Shown one piece after another: positions 27,994 through 37,943 of a stretch of DNA of 57,885 bases. This DNA is from a virus. Its lineage: Duplodnaviria > Caudoviricetes. Both the position numbers and the translations under genes were made by a program. The stretch is from the IMG/VR virus record IMGVR_UViG_3300036900_000090, positions 1 through 57,885 of that record. One strand, written 5' to 3'. Positions within the stretch are counted from its first letter, which is position 1, and the number at the start of each line of letters is the position of its first letter. The notes beneath the pieces are model-generated. The model worked only from the letters and a program-made list of their open reading frames with translations, had not been told where the DNA came from and searched no databases.

Positions 27994-28802
27994 TGCCGTT
28001 CGGCGATCAGGTCGATGAAGGCGGGCGGTTCGCCTGGACCGCCTGATCCTGCCGTCAGCGCCGGGATCATGTTGCTGATTTCATCCGCTCGGATCGGCGC
28101 GATGGTCTGCGTCGCGTTGTCGATGAGCTGAAAGCCGAAGCCGGCCTGTACCAGCACGGCGATGATCTCGGCGGGCACGTCGCCGTTCTGCGCGATCCAG
28201 CGCGGGAAGAACTCGAACATCACCGCCCGCGCCCGCGCGATCGTGCCGAGGTTGCCGATGATCACCTTGGCCTCCCAGCCCTGGACATCGATCTTCATCA
28301 TCGTCCGGGCATCGATCATCTCGGGGGCAAGGCGCGTCAGCCTGATCGGCGTGCCCTTGCTGTTGCCGCTGGTCCAGACGCGGTGATCGCCCATGTTGTC
28401 GGCGCTGCGGTACAGCATCGCCTCGCCATCCCGGTCGGACACCGCCGCATTGTTCATCGCGACCGAGAGGCGGTTCAGCATGACGTTGGCGGCAAGTAGC
28501 TTGAAGTTGTCAGCGTCGGGCTCGAACGCGACCACGCGGCCGGTCTCGCCGACCAGATGCGCGGCGACGACGCTGTGGTAGCCGATGTTGGCGCCGATAT
28601 CGACGAAGCTATCGCCAGGCCGGAGATGGGCGATCAGGTAGTTCGTCTCGGCTGGCTCCCAGATCCCGAAACGCCGGATGCACTCGGAGATGATGTCGCC
28701 CGGCGGATGGACGCGCATCCGCAGACCGCTCCCGGTGAGCGGTCCTTTCAGTTCGCATGTCTCGGGATCGACTGCCGGCTGACGTGAAAAGGGAAACCGC
28801 AT
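27990..28802 (-). CDS. FkbM-family SAM-dependent methyltransferase
   Basis: FVDIGANIGYH, AFEP, AAVSD, MKIDVQGWE motifs; GAGG before ATG 28802. Confidence 0.9.
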   Translation of the reverse strand: MRFPFSRQPAVDPETCELKGPLTGSGLRMRVHPPGDIISECIRRFGIWEPAETNYLIAHLRPGDSFVDIGANIGYHSVVAAHLVGETGRVVAFEPDADNFKLLAANVMLNRLSVAMNNAAVSDRDGEAMLYRSADNMGDHRVWTSGNSKGTPIRLTRLAPEMIDARTMMKIDVQGWEAKVIIGNLGTIARARAVMFEFFPRWIAQNGDVPAEIIAVLVQAGFGFQLIDNATQTIAPIRADEISNMIPALTAGSGGPGEPPAFIDLIAERH

Positions 28803-28830
28803 GAACCTGCCTCTCGATAGGAGAGCCTGA

Positions 28831-29448
28831 ATGGTTGGCTTCACCGACGTGACCGCGCAAGCCAACCTCGACGGGCTGATCACCGGCTACCCGTATTTGG
28901 GCTTGTTCACCGCGGTCGGCACCGACGCCGGCAGCGGCTTCACGGAGTCGTCGTTCACCGGCTACGCGCGGGTTAATACCACCGGCCTGTGGGCGGCGGC
29001 CTCGGGCAGCGCGCCGTCGTCGAAGCAGAACAACGCGACGATCAACTTCGCGCTCGGCACCACGGCGGGCTCGAACATCATCGCCGTGGGCCTCTTCTCC
29101 GCGCTGACCGCCGGCGCGCTCGGCTGGTGGAACTACCTCGGGTCCTACCCCTGGCAGCCGGCGACGTTCTCCGCCGCCTCGCCCTCGGTGATCACCGTGC
29201 CCGGGCACGGCTTCGCCAACGGCGACAGCGTGGTTATGACCGGCGAGATCGGCTCGGAGGGCGCCACGCCGCCGGGCTTCCTGACCGGGCTGCTCACCGT
29301 CGCGGGCGCCACCGCCGACACGTTCAACGTGGGGGTGAATGCCGGCAACACCGGTGGCGTCATGCTGCGCAAGGTGGTGCCGCAGACCGTGATCGCGAAC
29401 ATGACGGTGCAATTCACCGCCAACCAGCTCGTGCTCTCGCTCGCCTGA
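28831..29448 (+). CDS. Minor virion/fibre-associated protein
   Basis: YLGLFTA..TE.S..GYARV..NNATINF; insert ITVPGHGFANGDSV. Confidence 0.65.
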   Translation: MVGFTDVTAQANLDGLITGYPYLGLFTAVGTDAGSGFTESSFTGYARVNTTGLWAAASGSAPSSKQNNATINFALGTTAGSNIIAVGLFSALTAGALGWWNYLGSYPWQPATFSAASPSVITVPGHGFANGDSVVMTGEIGSEGATPPGFLTGLLTVAGATADTFNVGVNAGNTGGVMLRKVVPQTVIANMTVQFTANQLVLSLA

Positions 29449-29454
29449 GCGGCC

Positions 29455-31029
29455 ATGTCCTTCCCGAACGGGATCACGCTCGACCTGGACTTCACGCTCG
29501 GGTCGATCCCGGGCGGCATGTCGTTCGCCCGCGCCGGCAGTGCCACGGACAGCTTTTTCACCGATGCCGCCGGCAGCAGCTACAACACCTTCACCACCAA
29601 CACCCCGCGCCTGTCCTCGACCTGGGGCCTGATCTACGAGCCGCAGGCGCGCACCAACTATCTGCTGAACTCGACGGCGCCGGCGACGCAAACCACCGGC
29701 TCTCTCGCTGCCACCGCGCATGTGCTGTGGGTCATCGGCACCGGCAGCGCCACCGTTACCGCCGGCACGGGCGTCGCGACCGGTCTCGGCACAGCCACGG
29801 CCGGCACCCCGCTGTTCTTTTCCGTCACCACGGCCGGCACCTTCGTCGTTACCGTCACAGGCTCGCTCAACCGCTTCCAGCTGGAGCGCGGAAACAGCCC
29901 CACCTCGTTCATCGTCACGGCGGGCGCCACAGCGGTTCGTCCGGTCGAAACCTGCACGCTGGCAGTCGGTGGGTGGTTCAGCGCGACGGCCGGCACGCTG
30001 CTCGCCGCGGTGTCCTTCCTCACGCTCACCGGCATCGCCGCGACGTGCGGCGTCGGACTGGATGACGGCACGGTGAACAACCGGATCACGCTCGCTCAGA
30101 ACGGCACGGCCGGGCAGTTCCTGGCCACGGCCGGCGGGGTCTCTCAGGTCAACACCACGGTCGGCTCGATCGCCGCCAACACGATCTTCCGCACCGCGGG
30201 GCGCTATTCGACATCGGGCAACATGCGTGGCGCCGCGCTGGGCAGCCTGATGACCGACCAGAACAGCAAGACGGTGCCGACGGTCACGCAACTGAACTTT
30301 CCGGTGGGCGCGACGGCGACTCTCGGGGCGACGACGCGCATCCAGCGCGTGCAGTACTGGCCGTTCGCCATGCCGGATGCCGATCTGCAGGCGGCGACCC
30401 TGAACCCGCCGCTCGCGCAGCCCTCCTCCATTGGACGCGGCTTCGGCCTCGGCACCGCGAAATCGCAGGGACGGGTCAGACCGACCTCGGTGGGCATCGG
30501 CGTCGGCTGGGGTCGCGCCAATCCGACGGCGATCTCCTTCGCCCGCCTCTCCGCCTCTGGCTTTGCCATGAGCGACGGCATCGCGCGGGCCTCGGTGTTC
30601 AGCCGCCCGCCGCCGCGCGTCGTCGTCCCGCCGCCTGACATCGCTGTGGTCGGCTACGACACGCTGCTGCTCGACCGCGATGTCTGGGATCTGGTGGTGG
30701 ACGCCTATGGCGATATCGCCGCCGCGCAGTCGCCCTATGCCATCGCGCAGGACGTCGCCTCGGCGATCCGTCTGTTCCTCGGCGAGCTGTGGTACGACAC
30801 CGCGAAGGGCATCCCCTATTTCGAGGAAGTGCTGGGTCACGCGCCGCCCTTGCCGCTGCTGAAATCGCTGATCGAGCAGGCGGCGATGTCGGTGCCCCGC
30901 GTTGCCTCGGCGCGCGCCTTCGTCACCGAAGCCAAGGGCCGCACGATCAGCGGCCAGGTGCAGGTGACCACCACCGACGGCACGACGCTGACCGTCAACG
31001 AGACCTTCCTGGGCAACACGCCCGGCTGA
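29455..31029 (+). CDS. Beta-rich fibre/spike domain fused to a C-terminal gp25/GP46-like baseplate wedge domain
   Basis: FARAGSAT..PR..GL.YEPQ.RTNYLLNS, QLE.G..PTSFI.T; from ~30655 TLLLD..WDL..D..GDIA..AQDVASAIRLFLGELWYD..GIPY. Confidence 0.75.
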   Translation: MSFPNGITLDLDFTLGSIPGGMSFARAGSATDSFFTDAAGSSYNTFTTNTPRLSSTWGLIYEPQARTNYLLNSTAPATQTTGSLAATAHVLWVIGTGSATVTAGTGVATGLGTATAGTPLFFSVTTAGTFVVTVTGSLNRFQLERGNSPTSFIVTAGATAVRPVETCTLAVGGWFSATAGTLLAAVSFLTLTGIAATCGVGLDDGTVNNRITLAQNGTAGQFLATAGGVSQVNTTVGSIAANTIFRTAGRYSTSGNMRGAALGSLMTDQNSKTVPTVTQLNFPVGATATLGATTRIQRVQYWPFAMPDADLQAATLNPPLAQPSSIGRGFGLGTAKSQGRVRPTSVGIGVGWGRANPTAISFARLSASGFAMSDGIARASVFSRPPPRVVVPPPDIAVVGYDTLLLDRDVWDLVVDAYGDIAAAQSPYAIAQDVASAIRLFLGELWYDTAKGIPYFEEVLGHAPPLPLLKSLIEQAAMSVPRVASARAFVTEAKGRTISGQVQVTTTDGTTLTVNETFLGNTPG

Positions 31030-31040
31030 AAAGGACGATC

Positions 31041-34000
31041 ATGGCGTCATCGAACAAGATCATCGACTATCTCGGTCGCGGTCCCATCGCGGTGCGTCCG
31101 GCGAAGCCGGCTGTCTCCGACGCCTCCGCCCTGGTGTTCTTCGAGACCACCGAGGACGGCACGATCTACACCTGGGACTTCGCCGCGAAACAATGGGTGC
31201 CGTGGGCCTCGGCCGGTGGAACCTATGTGCTGCCGATTGCCAACTCGACCGTGCTCGGCGGCGTGAAGATCGACGGCATCACCACAGCGATCGGACCGGA
31301 CGGTACGCTGCGCGCGCTCGGCACCGGCGTATCGAGCTTCAATGCCCGCAAGGGCGACATCGCGCTGATCGGCGACGATGTGGTGGGCGCCCTGGCCTAC
31401 ACGCCGTACAACGGCGGGACGAACCCGGCCGACTTCCGCAGCGGAGCACAGGTCAACAGTGCGATCTCCGCAGCGCTCACCGCCTCCCTCGCGCAGAACC
31501 TGCCGCAGATGGACGGCACCGCGACCATCGGCGTCGCCACGCTGCTCGCGCGCGAAGATCACATCCACCCGACCGACACCTCGCGCTACGCGGCGTCCAA
31601 TCCGAGCAACTTCCAGAACGACAGCCAGGTTGCGACCGCAATCAGCGGAGCCCTTGCGAGCTACGTACCGCTCTCGCAGAAGGGAGCAGCTCTCGGCATC
31701 GCCTCGCTCGATGCCGCGGCGAAGATCATCAGCTCGCAGCTCCCCGCCGCCGCGACCGGGACACTCAACTATGTCAGCGGCTGGAACGCCTCGACCAACA
31801 CGCCGACGATGGCAAACGGCGCGCATGTCGGCGGCTCCACGGCGCCAAAGGGAAACTTCTATGCGGTGACCGTCGCCGGCACGCCCTCGATCGACGGGAT
31901 AGCTGTTTGGAACGCCGGTGACTGGATCATCAGCAACGGGACCACCTGGGAGCGTGTGGTTGTAACGACCACGCCTTACCTGCTGCTGGCCGGCGGGGCG
32001 CTATCTCTGCCGGGCACGATCAGCGGCATCGGCGGATTGACCTTCACAAGCGGAGACGTGCTTGGGCCGCCCTCGGGCCTTCTGCCGGACCTTGGCTGGG
32101 GTTTGCTCGACAGCGGCGGAAATGTAGGGGCGGAATTCGACGCCGCCGGCACGATGTGGCTCGCCTCGCTGAATGCCGCGACCGCGACGCTGACCAACGC
32201 CACGGTGACGCTCCTGGCCGATCCTGCGACGGCGCTCGGCGCGGCGACGCGGCAGTACGTGGACGCGCTGCGCGGCAACACGCTGCCCATCGTGGCCGGG
32301 ACGGCGACGGCCGGCATACTGCAGACGTTGGCGCGCTCCGATCACGTCCACCCGTTCGATCCGACCCGCGCGCCGATTACCTCGCCGGTGTTCCTGACCT
32401 CGCTCGGCTTCGACATCGAGACCCTGAATGTCTCGATCGAACCCGACATCGTGTGGTCGATGCGCGACACGGCCAACGGCAATATCGTCGCCTGGCTGGA
32501 CATGCTGGGCACGTTCAGCTTTGCCTCGCTCTCCGCGGCGGCGCTGTCGGCGACCTCGATCTCCGGCCTGGTGTCGCTCGCCGCCCAGACGGCCACCTTC
32601 TCGACCTCCGCGACCATCGCGAGCGAGACGATCAGCGACGTGTTCTACCCCGACCTGATCGGCGGGGTAATGGGCGCCAACGGCAACCTGATCTTCGGCT
32701 TCGATGCGGTGACCGGCGAGGCCAATGCAATCTCGATCAATGCCGGCGCGCTGAAGATCAATGGAGCGCCGCTCAACACCGCGGTGCAGACCGCGCCATC
32801 GGATGCGCTCGACGTGCGCAGCGCGCCCTACAATGCCGCCATCGACGGCGTGCGCAACCACGGCTACGTGACCACCAGCGGCAACCTTCTCACCATCGTC
32901 AACTTCACCGGCACCCTGTCGCTGACCGTCGTGGACGCGACGACCGCGCGCGTCGATATCGTCGGCGCGGTATGGTCGGGCTGGGCCTTCCAGCCGCACC
33001 ACGAAGGAAAGCTGCTCTATCTGACAGCGGGAGCCTACACCCTCCTCGCGCGGATCAAGCCGCATGGCTACATCAGCGGGCAATCGGTGCTGCTGGATGC
33101 CACCGGCCTGACGGTGACGCCACAGACCTCCGTGTCGGGGACGATTGTCTGCCCGGCAATCGACACGACGAAATCCACTACCGGCAAGGCGCTCATCATC
33201 GAGGGCATGGGCAAATACCAGTGGTGGCAACAGACGCCGACCGTGGCGCGGCAGACCGACAACGTGACGCCCTATGGCGTGCAGACCTGGTACACCAAGG
33301 CCATCGCCAACTTCACGGCGCCGAATCAGATCACCATCACCGGCTCGTTCCCGTTCAACTGGACCAACCAGCCATGCGTGGCGCTGTGGGGCACCGATGA
33401 CAGCGCAGCGGTGCTCGCCGCTGGACTCGATGCGTGGCCGCTGAAGAAGCGGGTATGGTTCTCCGGCGACGGGCTCTGCCTCATGCCTGGCGCTATCGGG
33501 GACAACGCCGCACGCCCGAGCTACAGCACCCCGCCGGCCATCAATCCCGGTCCGCTGTTCAATGGCTGCGTGTGGGGCGGCGACAATGCCTCGGTCTATG
33601 TGCTGACGGGCGGCGGGGTGCGGATGCCGCACCGCGTATCGCCGGCCTCGGCACCACGCTACAACGACGCCCGCAAGACCGTGCATGGTCGGCTGTCGTT
33701 TCCGCGCTGCGCACAGATACCGGCCGGGCAGACGATCAACGTGCTGTTCGATGGCGACAGCCTGTCGGCGTTCAACCCGCAGGGCCAGCTCGCGGCCGTC
33801 ATGGGCGCCACGCGGTTCATCGCAGAGTTCATCGCGCAGAACCCCGGCAAGAAGATCGCCTTCTACAATGTGGGCGTCGGCGGAGCGACCTGGGCCTCGA
33901 TCGCCAGCCAGCAGCTCAGCTACAACAGCAACAGCGGCAACCCGTACAAGTACTTCACCATCCCGAAGCCGATCGCCGGCACCGTCAAGCATTTCGCGTT

Positions 34001-35525
34001 CTGGTCGAATATCAATCAGACCGGGACCGGGCCGGCGATCGTGCCCGATTGCGTGGTGATGTTCTGCAACGCCGGCAACGACAAGATGTCGATCGACGGC
34101 AACTGTATGCACGCCGTCATCAATCAGATCCGGAACGTGGCGCATGGCGATACCTACGGCCCGACCGATTTCGTCATGCAGTGCGACCACCATGCCACGA
34201 TGATCCTCGCCTACAGCGATGGCGTCTCGGGTGGGTCGGCGCTCCCCGGCCAGGCATCGCCCACCATGCAGGAATTCTACAACGGCGGCCTCAACCGCAC
34301 GACCGCGCTCAACATGGGCTTCCCCCTGATCGACTATCAGCCGCTACAGGAGCGGCAGGCTTGGGGTTTCGATCCCACGCGCCGGGCGATGCGGCAGGTG
34401 CCGAAGGTCACCGTCTCGCCGACGCCGGCAACGCCGGTATCGCTGGGCGAAGAATGCCTCGACTTCGCGGCCGGGCTGAACATGAACTCGGTCAGCGATG
34501 CGGTGGGCTGGTCGGTGGCGCAGCAGATCGAGTTCCAGATCTCGCCGCACCCGGCCAACCGGCTGTTCCTGAGACGCGGCACGAATGGCACCATCTGGGC
34601 GGCGTCCTCGACCTATGGCCGGTTCGTCGATACGACAGTGACGTGCAGCCCGGCCTCGCGCACCATCACCCTCGGCGCAGCGACCTCCTATCCGGCGAAT
34701 GTCACCTTCCGCGGCGCCTGGCCGCAGATCGACTGCGTGGATGGCTCGATCGCATTCGATGCCGGGATGAACGGGCAATGCGTGATCGCGGCGACAGGCA
34801 ATTATGACGGGTTAGCCAACGGGCGCCCTCTGCAACGCAACCACATCCGCATGGTGATGGACGCCAACGATGCCATGGTCGATCAGGTGGCGGCCGACAA
34901 CGCCGACGTGGCGATCGCCAGCACCCTGCCGATCCTGATCGGGCCGAACCAGTTCATCCCGCAGGACAGTCTCGCGCAGCCCGATGTGGTGATCATCTAC
35001 CCGGACGGCACGGTGCAGAACACGCAGGTCGCCTATGGCGGCTATATCTCGGCGACGCAGGCGACCTTGGTCGATGCGCCGGTGCAGACGCTGACCGGTC
35101 AGACCGTGAGCCTGTTCGTCGGACGCATGGGCATGAAGTGGTTCGATACCGGGATCACGCCCTCTGGCACATCGAACACCGGCTATGTGGCGTTCTCGGT
35201 GATCCGCGGCGAGTTTCAGATCGGCTACATCGTCGATCCGACGACGGCCGTGCCGCAGGTCTATGCGATCAAAACTCTGGAGCGCTTCGGCGGCGCGTTC
35301 AACCCGGTGATCTTCAGCAAGGCAGCGCAGCCATTCACGCTCGCGAACCGCTATATCGACGATGACATCCCGATCGCCGCCTCGACGCCGGCCTGGTATC
35401 AGCGCGGCATCATCGACACCAACAGCGATTACTTCCAGGGCGGCACGGGCGGACATTACGGCTCGATGATGCAGCCGGCTGTGCTGGACACGCTCTACGC
35501 GCATCAGAACCTCAGCGTGAATTGA
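31041..35525 (+). CDS. Large tail fibre/spike with SGNH/GDSL esterase domain
   Basis: AGGA RBS. Fibre-type repeats at the N-terminus; GDSL (33753), NVGVGG, GND (34074), GH (35451). Confidence 0.8.
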   Translation: MASSNKIIDYLGRGPIAVRPAKPAVSDASALVFFETTEDGTIYTWDFAAKQWVPWASAGGTYVLPIANSTVLGGVKIDGITTAIGPDGTLRALGTGVSSFNARKGDIALIGDDVVGALAYTPYNGGTNPADFRSGAQVNSAISAALTASLAQNLPQMDGTATIGVATLLAREDHIHPTDTSRYAASNPSNFQNDSQVATAISGALASYVPLSQKGAALGIASLDAAAKIISSQLPAAATGTLNYVSGWNASTNTPTMANGAHVGGSTAPKGNFYAVTVAGTPSIDGIAVWNAGDWIISNGTTWERVVVTTTPYLLLAGGALSLPGTISGIGGLTFTSGDVLGPPSGLLPDLGWGLLDSGGNVGAEFDAAGTMWLASLNAATATLTNATVTLLADPATALGAATRQYVDALRGNTLPIVAGTATAGILQTLARSDHVHPFDPTRAPITSPVFLTSLGFDIETLNVSIEPDIVWSMRDTANGNIVAWLDMLGTFSFASLSAAALSATSISGLVSLAAQTATFSTSATIASETISDVFYPDLIGGVMGANGNLIFGFDAVTGEANAISINAGALKINGAPLNTAVQTAPSDALDVRSAPYNAAIDGVRNHGYVTTSGNLLTIVNFTGTLSLTVVDATTARVDIVGAVWSGWAFQPHHEGKLLYLTAGAYTLLARIKPHGYISGQSVLLDATGLTVTPQTSVSGTIVCPAIDTTKSTTGKALIIEGMGKYQWWQQTPTVARQTDNVTPYGVQTWYTKAIANFTAPNQITITGSFPFNWTNQPCVALWGTDDSAAVLAAGLDAWPLKKRVWFSGDGLCLMPGAIGDNAARPSYSTPPAINPGPLFNGCVWGGDNASVYVLTGGGVRMPHRVSPASAPRYNDARKTVHGRLSFPRCAQIPAGQTINVLFDGDSLSAFNPQGQLAAVMGATRFIAEFIAQNPGKKIAFYNVGVGGATWASIASQQLSYNSNSGNPYKYFTIPKPIAGTVKHFAFWSNINQTGTGPAIVPDCVVMFCNAGNDKMSIDGNCMHAVINQIRNVAHGDTYGPTDFVMQCDHHATMILAYSDGVSGGSALPGQASPTMQEFYNGGLNRTTALNMGFPLIDYQPLQERQAWGFDPTRRAMRQVPKVTVSPTPATPVSLGEECLDFAAGLNMNSVSDAVGWSVAQQIEFQISPHPANRLFLRRGTNGTIWAASSTYGRFVDTTVTCSPASRTITLGAATSYPANVTFRGAWPQIDCVDGSIAFDAGMNGQCVIAATGNYDGLANGRPLQRNHIRMVMDANDAMVDQVAADNADVAIASTLPILIGPNQFIPQDSLAQPDVVIIYPDGTVQNTQVAYGGYISATQATLVDAPVQTLTGQTVSLFVGRMGMKWFDTGITPSGTSNTGYVAFSVIRGEFQIGYIVDPTTAVPQVYAIKTLERFGGAFNPVIFSKAAQPFTLANRYIDDDIPIAASTPAWYQRGIIDTNSDYFQGGTGGHYGSMMQPAVLDTLYAHQNLSVN

Positions 35526-35617
35526 CGGCCCGATCCGGGCCTTTCGGCAGCCGCGCCCTTCCCTGGGCGCCGCTTGCTGGGGCGCGCGCCCTTTACCTCT
35601 GAACAAGCGGGTGAACC

Positions 35618-36391
35618 ATGGCCGTCACGCATACGCTGCAGGCGAACTTCACGCAGTCGCTCGGCAAGGCGATCGTGCCGCCGGCCGGCAGCAAGACCAT
35701 GGTGTTCTTCGGCACCGCCGGCGACGGCAACGAGGCCAATCGCATCGCGGGCGGGCCGGCACTCACTGTGTCGTCTGGCGCCCCGGTGCACAGCTCGAAC
35801 TACGTGAGCCTTGGAACGCAGCCGGCCGCGTCCCCGACGCGCAACGACGTGATCGACGCCGGTATCCCCAACGACAGCACCAACTTTGCCGCTGGCTTCA
35901 CATGGGCGGCTGTCGCCAGGGTGCCGGTGGCAAATTCCGTTTTTGCGCAAGTGGTCGGGAACCAGACCTCGACCACTGGGCAAGGGCAGAATGCTCAAGG
36001 TCTGACGATCCAGCAGAACGTCAACCGCGTGATCCTCTATCAGTCCGGCAACCGGGCGAACATCCAGCTCGTCAACCCGGTGCTCACCGCCTGGCACTTC
36101 ATCGCCTACACGAACAACGGCGGCGCTGCGCCATCATTGAACATCTACGAGTTCACCGAGAACCAGGCCGGGCAGGTGGCGAACTATGTTGGCGCGTCTG
36201 GACTGACGTCGATCCCGGCGATGTCGACGCATTTCGGGATGTACGCCAGCCCAGGAGAAAGCTCGACCCAGCAAGGGCCGGTCGACGTGGCATGGGGCTT
36301 TGCATGTGCCGGTGCCATGTCGCAGGCAAACCTCGCTGCCCTCGCCGCCTCCGTGCGTCCGTGGCTTCTGCGCCGGGGGATCGTGATGTGA
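35618..36391 (+). CDS. Beta-sandwich (LamG-like) virion protein
   Basis: Beta-rich; FTWAAVAR, WHFIAYT. Confidence 0.55.
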   Translation: MAVTHTLQANFTQSLGKAIVPPAGSKTMVFFGTAGDGNEANRIAGGPALTVSSGAPVHSSNYVSLGTQPAASPTRNDVIDAGIPNDSTNFAAGFTWAAVARVPVANSVFAQVVGNQTSTTGQGQNAQGLTIQQNVNRVILYQSGNRANIQLVNPVLTAWHFIAYTNNGGAAPSLNIYEFTENQAGQVANYVGASGLTSIPAMSTHFGMYASPGESSTQQGPVDVAWGFACAGAMSQANLAALAASVRPWLLRRGIVM

Positions 36392-36651
36392 GCGGCGCGC
36401 CGTCCTTCTACGAGGATCTGGTCAGCGACGGCGTGCGGGTGGTGACCGTGTTCGACTTTCCGTCGCAGCGCTGGACCTCGACGGTGGTCGGCGGCCCGAT
36501 CGACGGATGGAGCACCACATATCGCGAGGACGCCGACCCGGTGATCCAGCACGCGCAGACAATCGAAACAGCGAGAGAGGCAGAACGACATGCAGGCGAC
36601 GGTGACGTTGGAGGAACAGCAGTGGCAGGTGGTGCTGAACCAACTGGGTGA
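36388..36651 (+). CDS. Hypothetical protein (GTG start)
   Basis: GTGA coupling to the upstream stop; overlaps the next ORF by ~60 nt. Confidence 0.4.
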   Translation: MSGAPSFYEDLVSDGVRVVTVFDFPSQRWTSTVVGGPIDGWSTTYREDADPVIQHAQTIETAREAERHAGDGDVGGTAVAGGAEPTG

Positions 36652-36793
36652 GGGCAGCATCAATCGCTGCCTGCCGCTCTACATGAACATCCAGCAGCAG
36701 CTCGTGCGCCAGCAACAGCAGGCGCAGCAGCAACCGGCAGCCGAGATCGTGCAGCGGTCGAACGGCGAGGCGCACGACGCGCTCGCTGCCTGA
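36590..36793 (+). CDS. Hypothetical protein, 67 aa
   Basis: GAGG RBS; Gln-rich helix. Confidence 0.6.
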   Translation: MQATVTLEEQQWQVVLNQLGEGSINRCLPLYMNIQQQLVRQQQQAQQQPAAEIVQRSNGEAHDALAA

Positions 36794-36804
36794 TCGGAGG
36801 TCGC

Positions 36805-37314
36805 ATGTCGCCCGACACGTTCTTGTCGCTGATCGACGACGGGCTTGAGTTTCTGGCCTCGATGGGAGGTCCGCGCGTCACCGATCTGGCGCGGCGCGAA
36901 CTGCTGGCGATCGCGCTGACCGAGGCCGGCCCGAAGCTCGATGCGCGCTATCAGAACAGCCCGTCGCCGTTGCCAGGACCGGCGAGGTCGTTCTGGCAAA
37001 TGGAACAGGGCGGCGGCGTTGCCGGCGTGCTGAACCATAGCGCCTCGCGGACGTGGGCGCGGCAGGCGTGCGCTGAATTGGCGGTGGTGGCCGATCCGGC
37101 GGCGATATGGCGTGCGATCGAGGGCAACGACGTACTGGCTTGCTGCTGGGCGCGCCTGTTGCTCTGGACCGATCCTGCGCCGTTGCCGACAACGCAGCAG
37201 GCGGGGTGGGACTACTATCTGCGCCTGTGGCGTCCCGGCAGGCCACATCCCGAGGTCTGGCCGGCGAACTGGGCCAACGCAACCGCCACGGTATCGGCGC
37301 GACCGTCCGCATGA
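36805..37314 (+). CDS. Endolysin (lysozyme-like fold)
   Basis: GGAGG RBS; IALTE, GPARSFWQMEQGGG, ARLLLWTDP, YLRLWRPG; first gene of the lysis cassette. Confidence 0.75.
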   Translation: MSPDTFLSLIDDGLEFLASMGGPRVTDLARRELLAIALTEAGPKLDARYQNSPSPLPGPARSFWQMEQGGGVAGVLNHSASRTWARQACAELAVVADPAAIWRAIEGNDVLACCWARLLLWTDPAPLPTTQQAGWDYYLRLWRPGRPHPEVWPANWANATATVSARPSA

Positions 37315-37940
37315 GCGACAAGCCGGAGGGGACGAAACTGACGCCGGCAGGCGTATTCGAGCGGCTGCTGACCTACGCCGACCGGCCGTGGAAAGCGGCG
37401 GTGATGATCATCCTGCTGATCCTGGCCGGGCTCGGCTGGTTGGTATACGACCAGCGTGGATCGATCGCCGATGCCGTGCTGCATAAAGCGAACGAGCGCG
37501 CTGAGCTCAACTCCGCGGCCTTCCTCCGCGACATCGACAAGCTGTTGCGCGACACCAGGGCCGACTACGGCCTGCTGCTCGAAGTGCACCTCGCGGACAA
37601 TCTGATCGTCGACCGGGTGGGAATTGATCGGGACGGCAGCCGGTGGATCCCGAGTGCGGGCGCACAGCAGGCGTTGCAGCCGCAATCGTCGATGCCTCTG
37701 GTCGTGCAATTCCTGGCCAACGAAGCGGTCTGCCTGGACACGTCGCTGGCGATCAATGACGACATGCGGACTTTGGAGACCAAGGGATACAAGCGGGTCT
37801 GCATCGTCGCTGTGCCGCCGATCCTGGGAGTGTCAGTGGGCGCTCTGGTGCTCGCCTGGATGCAGGCGCTGACGCCCGTTGCTGAGGGGCGGGCGAAGAT
37901 AACCATGACCGCCGCCGCGATGAAATTCGCGTCGTGGTGA
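37311..37940 (+). CDS. Putative holin (single TM + periplasmic domain, T4 gpT-like topology)
   Basis: ATGA coupling; one TM helix, then a ~160-aa domain with two Cys and CIVAVPP..G..VLAW. Confidence 0.55.
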   Translation: MSDKPEGTKLTPAGVFERLLTYADRPWKAAVMIILLILAGLGWLVYDQRGSIADAVLHKANERAELNSAAFLRDIDKLLRDTRADYGLLLEVHLADNLIVDRVGIDRDGSRWIPSAGAQQALQPQSSMPLVVQFLANEAVCLDTSLAINDDMRTLETKGYKRVCIVAVPPILGVSVGALVLAWMQALTPVAEGRAKITMTAAAMKFASW

Positions 37941-37943
37941 CGG

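Noticed and set aside
24751-36391. Diversity-generating retroelement or invertible fibre cassette
   Set aside because: No reverse transcriptase or invertase, and no near-identical template/variable repeat pair seen; the shared repeats are at protein level.
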